A DNA stretch of 59,888 bases, from NCBI GenBank assembly GCA_032718475.1, contig JAUCBJ010007191.1, forward strand, positions 1 to 59,888, written 5' to 3'. This document shows positions 1-11,924 of the stretch, piece after piece. Below the pieces are notes generated by a model. It made no database searches. It had not been told where the DNA came from and saw only the letters and a program-made list of their open reading frames with translations. Source of the stretch: Nemertoderma westbladi (taxonomy: Eukaryota > Animalia > Xenacoelomorpha). Position numbers and translations under genes: made by a program. How positions within the stretch are numbered: position 1 is the first letter of the stretch; each line of letters begins with the position of its first letter.

Positions 1-67
1 GAAGAACTTTGTTTCAACCGGAAAAAAATAGCACACTCCCTGGGAATATTTCGCACAGGTTCTATAG

Positions 68-136
68 CCTATACCATACCGGCGGAGTAACCGTTCCAAT
101 TCACTAAACTTTACAGTAGTAGGTTCTACCGGTAAT
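68..136 (+). CDS. Possible small internal exon of the KCNQ gene (PIPYRRSNRSNSLNFTVVGSTGN)
   Basis: ctatag| acceptor, open 23-codon frame and |gtaagc donor; phase 0-0, compatible with the 288-351 exon. No recognisable homology (variable helix A-B linker). Confidence 0.3.
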
Positions 137-287
137 GTAAGCTAGTTAACCTTCTTAGCTACTTGAATTCCAGAATTCCACAATTTACAAGGAAGAATTT
201 TGACATTTTTATCTCTCGATTATCTAGACGTACCTGATATTTTTGATCGGAATCGCCATTGTTTCGCTGAATTTCCGGAATTGCCAG

Positions 288-351
288 GTCCAACGCCGTT
301 TTAGCGGTGCGAAAATTATTTGCATTGCCAATATAAGCCAGAAACAATCAG
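288..351 (+). CDS. Probable internal exon of the KCNQ gene (VQRRFSGAKIICIANISQKQS)
   Basis: ttgccag| acceptor and |gtaaca donor; the phase-1 end fits the start of exon 3205-3337. No homology support. Confidence 0.4.
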
Positions 352-811
352 GTAACATTTTGGTTTACCTGTTGGTGTGCTGCAGCCATATTATACAATC
401 AAAAGCACTACAGCACTATTCACCTTTGAAAGTTGAAATGCAGAAGTTATAGTTATTATGTAGGTAGGTCTGTAGGTTACCGGTCAGCCGGTTACCTGGT
501 TACAGCATTAGGTACCGGTACGGGTTGCCAATGGTTCGTTGTATAGTTGTAGACAAAATACACAGGATGAACCATAGGCAAGGTCGGAACAGTAGTCAAC
601 CATCCTACACACTGCGCCAATTTGTTGTAAGTGTATACAACTATAATACCGGTATCGGTATTGTAAGAACAACCATGATAATAGGCTACAGACTGTCAAG
701 CTGTCCACATATATTTACTGAATATCAGTACTGTAGTATATCTGACATCATATCCTAGAAGTGGCCATGGCCTACTTTCTATACATAATAATGTGATAAT
801 ACAAATCTACA

Positions 812-897
812 TCAGTTTTTTTACATACTTTGGCACTGACATACCCACCGGTAAGGTTTTTACTTAAACGTGCTTGATTAATAAATAAAATACAATT
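812..897 (+). repeat. Short dispersed repeat, copy of the 3' end of the Penelope-like fragment at ~10020-10100
   Basis: ttttacatactttggcactgacatacccaccggtaaggtttttacttaaacgtgcttgattaataaataaa closely matches 10022-10098. Confidence 0.6.
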
Positions 898-1274
898 GAC
901 CCTCAGTGATAAACTCGGATGCCACCAGCTGTTTAGGGTAAGAGTGGAACTCTTTAAACATCATGATGCAATATTCCTTCCTAAGTCTGGTGATGCCTAG
1001 ACTTATGTACACCCTCAGAACTTATCCAACCTTTTCTGCTCCCTACCTGATTGTTCCCATTGACAACTGCGTTAGGTAGGCACTCCAAGATATGTGACCA
1101 ATATGTCCTTGACTCCAGACTGCTGGACACAGGCTTGCTTGTCGGTTTGGGGGCCTCGGTTTCCCATCAAATAGCCTGACTGCCCAAGTTGCTTGCACCG
1201 CATGCAACCACGAACTAACCTCCGCGATCATTTTAAACTTGAATGGACCTATGTTCCATCGAGCAGCAGTTGAG

Positions 1275-1539
1275 TAATGGGAGCGCTTCTCTCCCTCCTC
1301 GCCAATGATATCTCCGAACCAAGCAACCAAAGATCATTGATCCCGTATCCGATCCCAACTGGCAGCACTACAGTACATACAGTACCCTAATATCAACCAG
1401 TAACAACATCACTTTATCCCACCTTAAGGGTTGCCAAGCACCAGGTTCTGGTGATTGCTTGAACGCGATCCATTGACGTCCGTCTTGCCGACGAATAGTT
1501 CGGTATGGCTGTTGCTCTTCGAACCTGTTGGCTCTACCC
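1275..1539. repeat. 265-bp direct repeat, left copy (flanks RTE insertion)
   Basis: Co-linear with 2453-2717, about 8 substitutions and no indels. Confidence 0.95.
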
Positions 1540-2452
1540 TACTACTACTACTACTAGTATCGGCATTCTGCATTGCAGCTGCATTTTTAAGAATGCTGTG
1601 CCGGCTTGTCGACAAAATTGCGCCGCCACAACTCCCTATCACCCATGACATTTGCTAGATCATCCGCATCTTCAAGACCAGTGTCCTTTAAGATGCGTCT
1701 CAAGAAAGTCATGGGCTGTCCACCATGCTTATTCACTCCATGAGGCTGCCAAAGTACAAGATTATGCACTGGCTGGTCCTCACGGTGAAAGCAATGTCCT
1801 GCAAAGCGGAGGCGATTTTGTTCTAGTGTCAAGCTTGGGGGAACCAATGAGACACCTCCAATGTTATATAGTGTCTGGTTGGAGATGTGTGCATTGTACT
1901 TGACACAATGAACCCGGCGTAGCATTCTTGTAAATGTGCCATCCAGAGATTTGGTATCCTCAGCAGTTAGAGTCCAGCATGGACTCCCATAGAGGAGTAC
2001 TGGAACTACTGCTGCTCTAAATAATCGGACCTTAAGTTTCCGATTAATTCTCGGTGACTTCCAAATCCTGGAAAGCCTATTCAAGGCTGCCCATGCCTTT
2101 CCCTTACGTATTCGAAGGTCCTCACCTGACTTCCGGATCCATGATCCCAGGAAACAGAAGTTGTCCACATGCTCAAGCATACCATCCCTTGAGCTTATGC
2201 TCATCCGATCAGAGACTTGCTGAGGACTTTCAAAGTTAACTGTCAAAATTGTCGTCTTTCTGGAGTTAATAAAAAGACCAACACTAGAAGCAGCATGTTC
2301 TAATGAGCTGAGGATCCATTGGGCTCCCTCTAGTGATTCTGAGAGTACTCCTAAGTCATCAGCAAAGTCTAGATCAGTTAGGTACTTGGCAGGATTTCCT
2401 CGACTTCTGGATCCAGTAGGTGGAGTTATCATCATGAGGATTACATGAACAT
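1540..2452 (-). mobile_element. 5'-truncated RTE-clade LINE (family A): RT C-terminus, 3' UTR and (TAG)n tail
   Basis: ORF 1587-2546 contains DLDFADDL, FCFLGSWI, VLLYGSPCW and RLRFAGHC; tail ctactactacta at 1540-1556; near-identical copies at 12728, 37892, 41750 and 58850. Confidence 0.92.
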
Positions 2453-2717
2453 TAATGGGAGCGCTTCTCTCCCTCCTCGCCAATGATATCTCTGAACCAA
2501 GCAACCAAAGATCTTTGATCCCGTATCCGATCCCAACTGGCAGCACTACAGTACATACAGTACCCTAATATCAACCAGTAACAACATCACTTTATCCCAC
2601 CTTAAGGGTTGCCAAGCACCAGATTCTGGTGATTGGTTGAACGCGATCCATTGACGTCCGTCTTGCCGACGAATAGTTCGGTACGGCTGGTACTCTTCGA
2701 ACCTGTTTGCTCTACCC
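2453..2717. repeat. 265-bp direct repeat, right copy
   Basis: Matches 1275-1539. Confidence 0.95.
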
Positions 2718-3204
2718 ACCCTTTTGTGTGTGTGCCACCGTCGCTAATGTTTCAGCCAGCCATGCTCTAATCTACAAGATTTCTCTACAAAAGCTACCTC
2801 ATTCCCAAATACTACGATCGCCGCCAGGAGTTCAGCGACCCCCTGTCTACAGTACCGGTACACAATTCCTGCATCACCTCTAGGCATCGTTATCCAAGCC
2901 GGAATGCATAAAGGTCTCATTCAACCTCCACGAGAACTGTTGCTTCTGGGAGACAAACATGGCACCTTAGGTATTCAACCCACCAATGCATTATTTTAAT
3001 TCCATGCATATTTATTATCAATTTTTATTAATTGTAAATTAATCGTAAAATCGATCTATAAATAGATAATATTTTATACAGTGTGAATTTATTTTGTTTT
3101 TTTTAAATATAGTTTGTATTAATTTAATTTAAAAAAGTGAGAGAAAATAAAAAATTAATAATTAATAATTTCTAAAACGAATATTTTTTCCTTTCTATGT
3201 ATAG

Positions 3205-3337
3205 TAGGGGAAGCAACAGAAGTAAATGGCGAGCCTATGGTGGACCTACTGCAACGTATGGGCTCGGTTGCTAGTGACGACCCCACCTTCGACATGGACG
3301 ACGGACCACCAGGCCGAATAATTCCCCATTTCACCCA
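3205..3337 (+). CDS. KCNQ1: KCNQ channel internal exon preceding helix B (GEATEVNG...GRIIPHFT)
   Basis: Polypyrimidine tract plus tag|tag (NAGNAG) acceptor, open frame and |gttagt donor; the phase-2 end 'ca' joins 'c' of exon 4310 to give His. Confidence 0.7.
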
Positions 3338-4309
3338 GTTAGTTCGAAAATTAATTTAATACTTTGTTAAGAATTGAGGGTTGCAGTTTTAGTTTTAGTC
3401 CCTGTGCGAGATAAAAGCTTGAATAGTTCAAAAAATAAACTTTATTCTTAAATTGTTACTTTTTCGGTCGAATATACCCCAAAATCGGGAGAAAATGTTT
3501 CGCTTTTTTTCCCTAGGGAAAAAGTAATCAACAGGAATGCATTGATTTCACTTTTTTCCCGGCGAAAAAAGTAAAGTAAAATATTTTTGGTGGAATTTTT
3601 TAAATTTTATTACATGTGGTGAAAGAACATCGACGTAGAAAAGGTTTTAAAGTAATTTGAGCAAAATCCATTAAAACACTTAAAAGTTATTGCAAATTTA
3701 GTGTCTGCGTGGCGTACACCAAAACGGAACTCAATATCCAATTGATTTATGTAGTTAAGCGGCTCTCTTGTTACGTAATAAATATTCGAGAACACTAAAT
3801 TATTTTAACGTTGAGTAAGGCAACATCTAGAAATGAAGAGTACAATAATTTTAATCGCAGTACTGTAACTATGGAAGCAATATAGTAAAATACTGCAGTT
3901 CAATTTTGTAACACAACTGTACTGAAGTATATCAATTTATATGACAGTATTTCTAGAACACAGCTTTATTATATTCGTGGTCTATATTTATGTCCTTATT
4001 TATTTTATTATTTATTTTATTTATTTATTTATGTCCTATTGTATAGAAATAATTATGAACAGTCGAATTCTGAACTGTAGTATATCGCTGTTTTATTACA
4101 TAATTTAGCAACAAAAAAGTACCAATTTAAGAATAAAATTATTACGTTTAATGAGTTTTCCAATTTATAACACGGCCGGACAAGGGGACAGCTTGGCGGC
4201 AATTCAAATACGCATTGAAGGACACATAAACTTTTCTACAGATCTCTAATTATTTTCCATCTATACTTTAATTAGACTCGAGTACACTCTATTATTGTTT
4301 TCTTTTTAG

Positions 4310-4521
4310 CTTAACGCCACAAATAAAGGCCGCTATTCGCGTTATCTGGCGTATCCGCTATTTTGTAGCTCGTCGAAAGTTTCAGCAGGCTAGGAAACCA
4401 TACGACGTGCGTGACGTCATGGAGCAGTACTCGCAAGGGCATCTAAACATGATGGTTCGGATAAAAGATTTACAGAGGCGGATAGACCAGACATTAGGGA
4501 AATCGGGACAGCATCTATTAG
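4310..4521 (+). CDS. KCNQ1: KCNQ1-like K+ channel, C-terminal helices B and C exon
   Basis: [64 protein letters not shown] matches the KCNQ1-type signature [38 protein letters not shown]; ttttag| and |gtagga splice sites. Confidence 0.95.
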
Positions 4522-4680
4522 GTAGGATATAATACTGGATAATATATTACAATAATTGTGATGGGGTCCTGTGTTGGCCTCGGGATCCCGACTTTATGAG
4601 TGAGTTCCTACGCGCTGCCCGCTGACTGCTGGACCTAACTGAAGGACTGATTGGCCGTAGGCTCGGTAAATAAGAGAGTT

Positions 4681-4905
4681 TGTGGGGCGAGCCACGAAGT
4701 GAGAGAGCCTTAGCGTAGTGGTACCATTAATCAACCTGTCGTTCTGTCGTTCTGTCGTTCTGTCGCGTTTTTTTTCAGTATTTTATTTTAAACGTTAATA
4801 ACTCGGCCAATCCTTGATGAAATCTATCCAAACTTGGTACACATGTTGTTTGGCAAAAGTTTGAAAATTTTCCAAGTAGAATTTGCGTGGGGCCTTCGTG
4901 CAGCA
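4681..4905 (+). mobile_element. Helentron/DINE-like non-autonomous element, 5' portion
   Basis: tgtggggcgagc terminus and (tctgtcgt)n microsatellite; homologous to 34432-35172 and 35965-36409; a matching 3' end ggccccacgaacgtgtt lies at ~8297-8332. Confidence 0.6.
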
Positions 4906-6504
4906 TCAGTGTAACTGTTATTGTAGTTATAATATATTTATTTATCCAAAATTAACATGCGTTAAATTATTATTACTGTAGGATAAATCAGCTGGTTTTC
5001 TGACAAATTTTGCAAAACATAGGGGCTGTCTGCCAATCTGCATGTACCATTTGTACCGGTACTGTCAGGCTGTAATACAGGTCAGCCGGTACCATACACT
5101 GCAGACATGCCATATCATGTAATCTAAACATGGCCCCGGAAACCCTTGCGGTGATTATAGTTTAGGCCTAATTAGCCTAGTACCGGTAATAATAATATAA
5201 TAGTTTAGATAGTTCAGTAGTTACCGCTAATCATTCAGTCATTGGCACGGTACACCGTATTGCTGTACTGCCGTTCAGCCGTTGTAGTGCGCACCGTAGG
5301 TACCACCCATGCGTAGGCTTACTGTGCTGATTATGGTTTGATTGATTGATTGTTTTTTACACATAATTAAACCTTTTAAAATTCACAATAATACATTTAT
5401 AAAGATTACGTTACGATATTAGGCCTACAGTACAAGTAGGCCTAATAACACTAGATATTTAGGAGCACCAATACTGATTTATGTAGATAGTCAACTTATA
5501 AAATGTTTATTTACTTAAATAAAAGGTTCTGGTGTAAGGATAGCCTCATGAGGTATATACCTCGTTTCCATGAGGGTCCTATAATAATTTTCATACTCTA
5601 ATATTTAAAGCTAGTCAGACTGTGGTACCTAAGCTATATACTGTTAGGTATATTGCTGTATTGGGGTGGGGTTAGGAATAATCCATTTGTTTTAGCATTG
5701 AACTGTTGAATCCCCTTATTTATTATAAAACCATTGGAAATATTCGCAAATGCCGCTCCATTACTGTCTGATGTCTGAAACGCTCCCGACAGTCCGATGT
5801 ATCTGGACCCGAGCAGCCGAGTTGCTTCAAGAGGTGATTAACGGGGGAATACTACGGAATTGCTTGTTTGTCAGTACGATTCTATTTGGGTATTTACTAC
5901 ACTCAGACACTGGGAATACGGCGGTCGGTCAGATCGTAATGCGGGCCACTGCCAAGTTCATCATGCCTCACTCCGGTCACCCACCTTGGAGTGCGGTGGG
6001 AAGAGTCCCACTTACTGACTTACGTCGACGACTGGACGAATCGACGAGGATTGCGATCTGGGTTTAGCGGCGGCCCGGATCCTGGGATCGCCTGGGGGAA
6101 ATGGTTGAACGTTGGGCAGACGTTATCGCACTGGATTACGTTCTCTGTGACGCGAAAGTGTGAAGCGAATTCGTTGTCGAATTGGGTCGGAAGCTGCGGG
6201 AATTCTACTGTTCTACGGGAGTAAACCGCAGCGGTCCGGTGACTGACTTACTGACTACGGACGGATACTACTGGGATAAGCAGGTATTTCGATCGAGTTT
6301 CTCGTATTCTCGATGCTCGAGGCGGATAGAGAGTTGGTTGTGTTGGGCGGTGTTGTTCAATTCTATCAAACATATTAAATAATTGGTAAAATAATAAAAA
6401 CACACCAGATAAAGATACTGAGCTTATGGTAAAGAGATAGGCCGAACTTACAATTTCCAAATAGATTGTTCATATAATAAATATATTTTTGGTATTTGAT
6501 TTCA

Positions 6505-6769
6505 AGATAGGGGGGGGGGGGGGGGGGGGGGGGACTGGACGCAATAAAAATTCATCCCTCTCCAGGGGAAATTGGATGCAAATAACAACAGCTGATTACT
6601 CTCAAAAATAAAACTGTAACCTGTTCTATTGTGTTTACTTTATTGTTTTGGTTAAAATAACGTGCCACTGTAACCTGCTCCTTTCCCAACATTTAGAAAT
6701 TAATATTGAGGCGGGATATTAATTCGCCAAGATGGGATTTGCGTCCAGTCCCACCCCCCTCCTGTCTCT
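6505..6769. mobile_element. MITE with G-rich TIRs and 8-bp TSD
   Basis: gggactggacgca / tgcgtccagtccc inverted ends; TSD tgatttca at 6497-6504 and 6770-6777; second copy at ~41186-41405. Confidence 0.8.
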
Positions 6770-6854
6770 TGATTTCACTAAAAAATAGAATACATTGCAT
6801 TTTACTGTTATAATTACTGTATTGAATAAAATAATTAATTGATTGTTTATTAAA

Positions 6855-7190
6855 CCGTGCTAAGCACGTTGAACTGGAGCTCTAACAATTCCCCACTAGC
6901 GGCAGACAGGAACTGTAAAAGTCTCTGTAGAATTTCTAATTAAGCAATGCTCTTAGGTAACTACTACTAAATTTCAGATGAATCTGATCGTTGGTTCTAT
7001 AATTACAGCTATTTTTACGTTTCTGTTAATTCGCCCCCTAGCGGCAGACCGGGGAACTGTAGAAGTCTGTCTGTGTGTAGAATTTCTAAATTTTTTATAG
7101 ACTACATGAGTACCAAGTTTGGTTCCATTTCATCCATGATTGACCGACTTATTAGCGTTCAAACATTCCTGCCACAAACATAGCCAGAGG
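6855..7190 (-). mobile_element. Helentron/DINE-like repeat (related family)
   Basis: Reverse complement aligns with 40419-40670 (gaatgtttga.cgctaataagtc...atggaaccaaa); contains an internal duplication. Confidence 0.5.
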
Positions 7191-7646
7191 CAGCCACAAA
7201 CGAATAAAAGCTGCAGGAACTCGAGCGATAATTAATTTATTAATTATTAAATACTGTTTCAATTAAATTCTTTACGAAAATCTAGTCATCTTCTTTTAAA
7301 TATGGACCCTGCATTCGTGGAAAATATAATATTTGATAATTCATCAGTCAGCCTACGCTAATTTCACGGCAAGTCCTTGTCATGGCCTGTGTGTAGTAGG
7401 CCATGGTACCACCCTACTACCGTTACCTGCTGACCGCGTGACCGGTGGCAACTAGCACTTCAGCACTTGCACAGCAACAGCACTACCGGCGATACACAGG
7501 TTGAAATTTATGTAGAGTTTGCTCAACAGTACAGATATAAAATAGTTATCTAAATTATATATATTACTATTGACAAGTATTGAAATATATACCGTTATTC
7601 GTGTTATCAGTATTTGCAACATCTGACATTGAAGAGGTGAAAGAAG

Positions 7647-7985
7647 ATGAATACCGGCACTCAACAAAACCAACGCTTATCACAGGTCGGTATGGTTACC
7701 TCGAAACCGGCGCGACTGTCCACTCGAATACAACTTCAAAACACAAACGCCAACAATAAACTGAAAGCGAATCGAACGTCTTCAGAAGAATCTGTCATTG
7801 GGACGAAGAAAAGGAAGCCGAAACCACGGGAATGGACCACAGCTAAGATTGAATGCTCCCATTGTCAGAGTTCCTGGACCGAAATTGAAACACCAATTGC
7901 CGATGGGCTTGATCTCTCAAACCAAAACTTCCTCTGCGGGGTTTGCGCGGCAGTAAAGATTGAAAGTCTGGAAGCTGGCATTCCT
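7647..7985 (+). pseudogene. Truncated LINE ORF1-like fragment with a PHD-like Cys motif (CR1/L2 type)
   Basis: IECSHCQSSW...FLCGVC spacing after a basic stretch; the ORF then runs into AT-rich unrelated sequence. Confidence 0.45.
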
Positions 7986-8787
7986 AGGTATTATTATTAT
8001 AAAGAGCGTCAGCCTGCGTTTAATAAATATATTTTAATATAAAACAGGTCGAACGCAAAGAGGCTTATAATGAAGACGAGTACTGCATTGATTATATTCC
8101 TATAAACCACCTGGCTTTGCATATTGAACGTGCGTTTGGAAATAAGTTCGTGCTACCCTTCCGTGGGTGGTAGATGTCGCGGTTATGTATTGGTGGGTGG
8201 GAAGGGAGGGGGGGGGGGGTGCAGATTAAAAGGGGTGAACACGTACTGTCCCCCTTTCTTTGATTAATTGGTGGTGTGGGTTAATCTCTCATAACCGGGC
8301 CTCGTGCTGCGCGAAGGCCCCACGAACGTGTTTTGGTGTTAATATTAATCAGTTAATCTTGATTGCACTGTCCACTGTCTGATAGTGTACCGGTAAAGGT
8401 GCCTAGCGCAGCGGTGGATGCTATTCCCCTACTACCATGGCCTACTATATAATATAGTAGGCCATGCTACTACTGCTCTGGTTAATTATTGCCAACTGAG
8501 TGACTGCAAACACAACTATGGGCTGTGTGGAGTTTATTCTGAGTTACGCAATAATGGGTTGGGAGGGTGGATACCTACAACACATTATAGGTACTACAGT
8601 ATACTAACAGAACGTACTTACAGATAATGGGCTTTGAGTCATCAGCAGCTGCCTGGTCCACCGAGTCACTGACCTCGGTTGGGACAACTGTTGGTGCCTC
8701 GCCCCCAGAACCACTACTTGCACGCCCCCTAGCGGCTTGAACTGCGGGTATCTCATGCTCGACCATCGTATCAGTATATTGGTTATT

Positions 8788-9250
8788 AGATAGATAGATA
8801 GATAGATTTATTTATACATTATGTAAAAACAATAACAAATACACCAAACAATGTACCGGTATAAAGGTATTGTCCAACATAACATATAGGATTACCCCTA
8901 AAGCTTTGCAGCTTATTTCCAAGGGGGTCCTTTATGTTACTTGGTTACAAATACAATATTACACTACGCTAACCTAAAACCAATATAAAACGTAATTACA
9001 CTATGTACATGTACAACTTTACCGAGAGCGTGACAATGCCCAACTCAACGATAAAGATGTAATGTACAGAACAATTTATTATAAAACGTAATTACAGTAT
9101 AAATAGTAAATAATTAATAAACTAATAACTTACTGTAGGACTATTGTACCTATTTTTACATTGCACATGGAGGTGAGATTTAACTGCAGATTTAAAAGAA
9201 TGTTGATTATTTAGGTTTTTAATTTCATTAGGCAGAGCGTTCCATTGCTA
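8788..9250 (-). mobile_element. L2/Crack-like LINE 3' end with (TATC)n tail
   Basis: Minus frame reads WNALPNEIKNLNNQHSFKSAVKSHL; (gata)n at 8788-8807; part of the UTR recurs at 36443-36530. Confidence 0.65.
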
Positions 9251-9492
9251 AGAATATTCTTAGCATCCCCAATAGCGGTATAGAGTTGGGAAACATCCCC
9301 ACCCTTACTGGCATTAAAGATGCGATGAATTATACCACGAACTATTCGGCGTTTGTAATACTCAGGGGCACACGCAGTGGCATTGCGAACGAGCCCAGTA
9401 TCTGTAGGCTTGCGATACCACGCTGTTGAAAGAGCATAGTCAACCCGAGTGACAACCAAATCAAGAAAGGACAAGCGGCCCTCCACCTCCAT
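9251..9492 (-). pseudogene. Penelope-like RT thumb fragment
   Basis: MEVEGRLSFLDLVV...WYRKPTDTG is the typical PLE RT C-terminal motif. Confidence 0.8.
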
Positions 9493-9559
9493 CTCAAACT
9501 AAACTTGAGACTAGGATGAAGGGCATTCTCAGTGGCATTCTCAGCTTCTCAGTGGGGTC

Positions 9560-10100
9560 GTTACTGCCAACGCTGCCCAGGATGGGACGGCCAAGGATGG
9601 GAGCGAACAGGGTAAGACTGTGCACAACCACATCATGACGCACCGCGGCGAGCCCAATACACGTTGGCTGACTGACTGGTGTGAATTGTTTAAACATTTC
9701 AAAGTAATTGCTAGACACCCATTGCGGCCAGTCTTGCAAAAGCTTGAAATGTATTACATTCAAACACGCAAGTTCGCTATCAACAAGCAGAAACGTGATT
9801 GATTGGCGTAAGTTTGTGGTTCTACTTCCCACTGGTTAGTTCCCTACAGACCTATATCTTCATTTCAATTCTCGCACTGTCACCCTTTGTGAATTTCTCT
9901 CTACATTTCCTGGCTTGGCCTCCTGAGAATGCCTTCAGCTGCGGGGTGAAATCTACCGATAAGCTGGCTGCTGTCAGCTGATCACTGATTGTATGCAACG
10001 TCTAGGTCTTGTTGCTTTTTAGTTTTTTTTCATACTTTGGTACTAACACACCTACCGCTAAGGTTTTCTACTTAACGTGCTTGATAAATAAATAAATATA
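9560..10100 (+). mobile_element. Penelope-like GIY-YIG C-terminus plus pLTR-like 3' region
   Basis: FKVIARHPLRPVLQKLEMYYIQTRKFAINKQ resembles the end of PLE GIY-YIG domains; followed by a UTR ending in aataaa repeats. Confidence 0.55.
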
Positions 10101-10223
10101 ATTCATAATTATTGGTTTCTCTACACAAGCTTCTACTTTAATTTTAATTAATTAATTGATATATTTAACAGAATCCCAACCAATAATAATTAATTTTAAT
10201 TAATTATTTGATATATTTAACAG

Positions 10224-10456
10224 AATCCCAACCCGGGGAGAGACAGCGACTAACTGTAATCTCTAGAATTGCTCGAGTTGAGAAACAAGTCACGGAAATC
10301 AATGAAAAGATGGACACTTCTCTACAACTACTATCCCTAATAGCGGAGAACACTAAACTACAGCAGACAAACCGGGGTAACTCACGCAAAGTTCCGAGAG
10401 TTAGTGGCAGTTCAGTTACCTTGCCAACTAAATTTTATCAGGAGTTTGATTTGTAA
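10224..10456 (+). CDS. KCNQ1: KCNQ1-like terminal coding exon (helix D coiled coil to stop)
   Basis: ttaacag| acceptor, phase fits the donor at 4521; ISRIARVEKQVTEINEKMD matches the KCNQ helix D (A-domain tail); ends QEFDL*. Confidence 0.9.
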
Positions 10457-11525
10457 CCAGGGTAACAGGAATAATCAGTGAGAAAAGTGCATACTGATAT
10501 ATGAATGTATAAATAATTTTTGGATATTTTAGAATAATTTGCACTAATAAGTATAAGTTGATGTAAATATATATGAATTTTATAATTCATAATTAATCTT
10601 CCCTTTTCATCAGGGGCCAATTCACTTGGGGTATGGGGGGGAGGGAGGGGGGGGGGGGGGGGGGTGTAACACAGTGTTGTATCGATATTAATACTCAATT
10701 GTATTAAAACATTTTCTCGTTCACGTCACCGTAATGTTGTCTTGTCATCATATTTAAACAGCCATTTTGGTTCCGGTCCCCCTAACTGTGTAAAACCCAA
10801 TCGTATTTCAAATTCATTAAATAGGATAACAGTTTGTAAAAAAAAATAAGACATTATAACGATGAGGTATCCTTATCGTTTATCGGTGTTAAATGCGATA
10901 ATTTGTTTCAGTTGTTAGACTTTGAACGTGAGTTGTGTAATGTAAAAAGAGATTTTACTAACTTCAGGTCTAAGATCAGGCCTGGAGTAAGGGTGCGGCC
11001 GTGGCTACAACAGCCTACAGGCTACAGCCCAAGTTTCTGAACCGGCCCTTTTAAAAACTTACTAGACTGTAGCCTAGGGCCCCCCATAAAACGGCTCCAC
11101 TTGGTACCTAACTTCCATTATACAGTATATCACACAATTACAGTACAGTACAGGCCACCAGAAAAAGCAGATTTCATCAAATGTGATCATCACATGTGAA
11201 CACATTTGTTCGAAGTCATCTGATTGGCAGGTCACTACATTAATTCAATGGCGAGTTATCTTCTAGAGCACACAGCAGGAGGCTGACTTGCTTGGACCAA
11301 CAAAAGCTTTGTGTGCGGTGCGCCTGTATGTCTGATATCAGGAAGATGAGAGAGCCCCCAGGGCGTAACATTGCGGACATGGGCGGTATTGGCAGAGAGA
11401 AAACTACATATAGACCACATGGAGATTCATGGTGTGTATGGGAGTTGATGGGTATATGGATGGAGGAGCCTAGACCATTGCATAATTAATTTAGTGCAGG
11501 GAGATGTCTGAAAGGAAAGTAGCGG

Positions 11526-11924
11526 GTTATAATGGCAGGCTTTTCTAACCAAAACAATAAACTAAATTTAGGAGCACAGTTTAATTTAGGAGCAAAGTTA
11601 CACGTACAATTTTTAGGGTAATTTTACAAGAATTTTACAAACCAGACTAACCAGAATTTAGAATTTCTGGTTCTTACAGGCTGATAAACCCTGATAGGGA
11701 ATTTACGGAATTTTGAAACCAATAAAGTAGTATTCAATACTTTGTGCTGTCCAGATTAGGAAATGCCACCGTCTGACGGCTTATAGTCTACACTATAAAC
11801 AAACGTACCCGGAGTGTCCTTTACCCAGAGATTAATTATCGAAGCCTGCGCTAACGGACCTATTAACCATGTTACAACACAAATATACTGTGTACACTAA
11901 ATTAACTTTCAGGAAAGTGCTGTA
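11526..11924. repeat. Left arm of a ~370-400-bp inverted repeat pair
   Basis: Reverse complement of 14916-15284 at roughly 85-90% identity by eye. Confidence 0.85.

Noticed and set aside
234-259. Minus-strand first exon MAIPIKNI with Kozak-like ATG and gtacgt donor
   Set aside because: Only 8 codons, no partner exon, and it lies within the + strand KCNQ gene; could be chance.
1587-2546. 319-aa ORF as an expressed fusion gene
   Set aside because: The N-terminus is a GTG-initiated read-in from the duplicated flank into a truncated RTE.
5786-5802. 17-nt inverted match to 57299-57315
   Set aside because: Too short, with unrelated flanks; cannot be distinguished from chance or a shared small insertion.
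9915-10010. Hammerhead in the Penelope-like pLTR (ctgagaatgcc...gaaa)
   Set aside because: The core deviates from CUGANGA and stems I/III cannot be formed convincingly.
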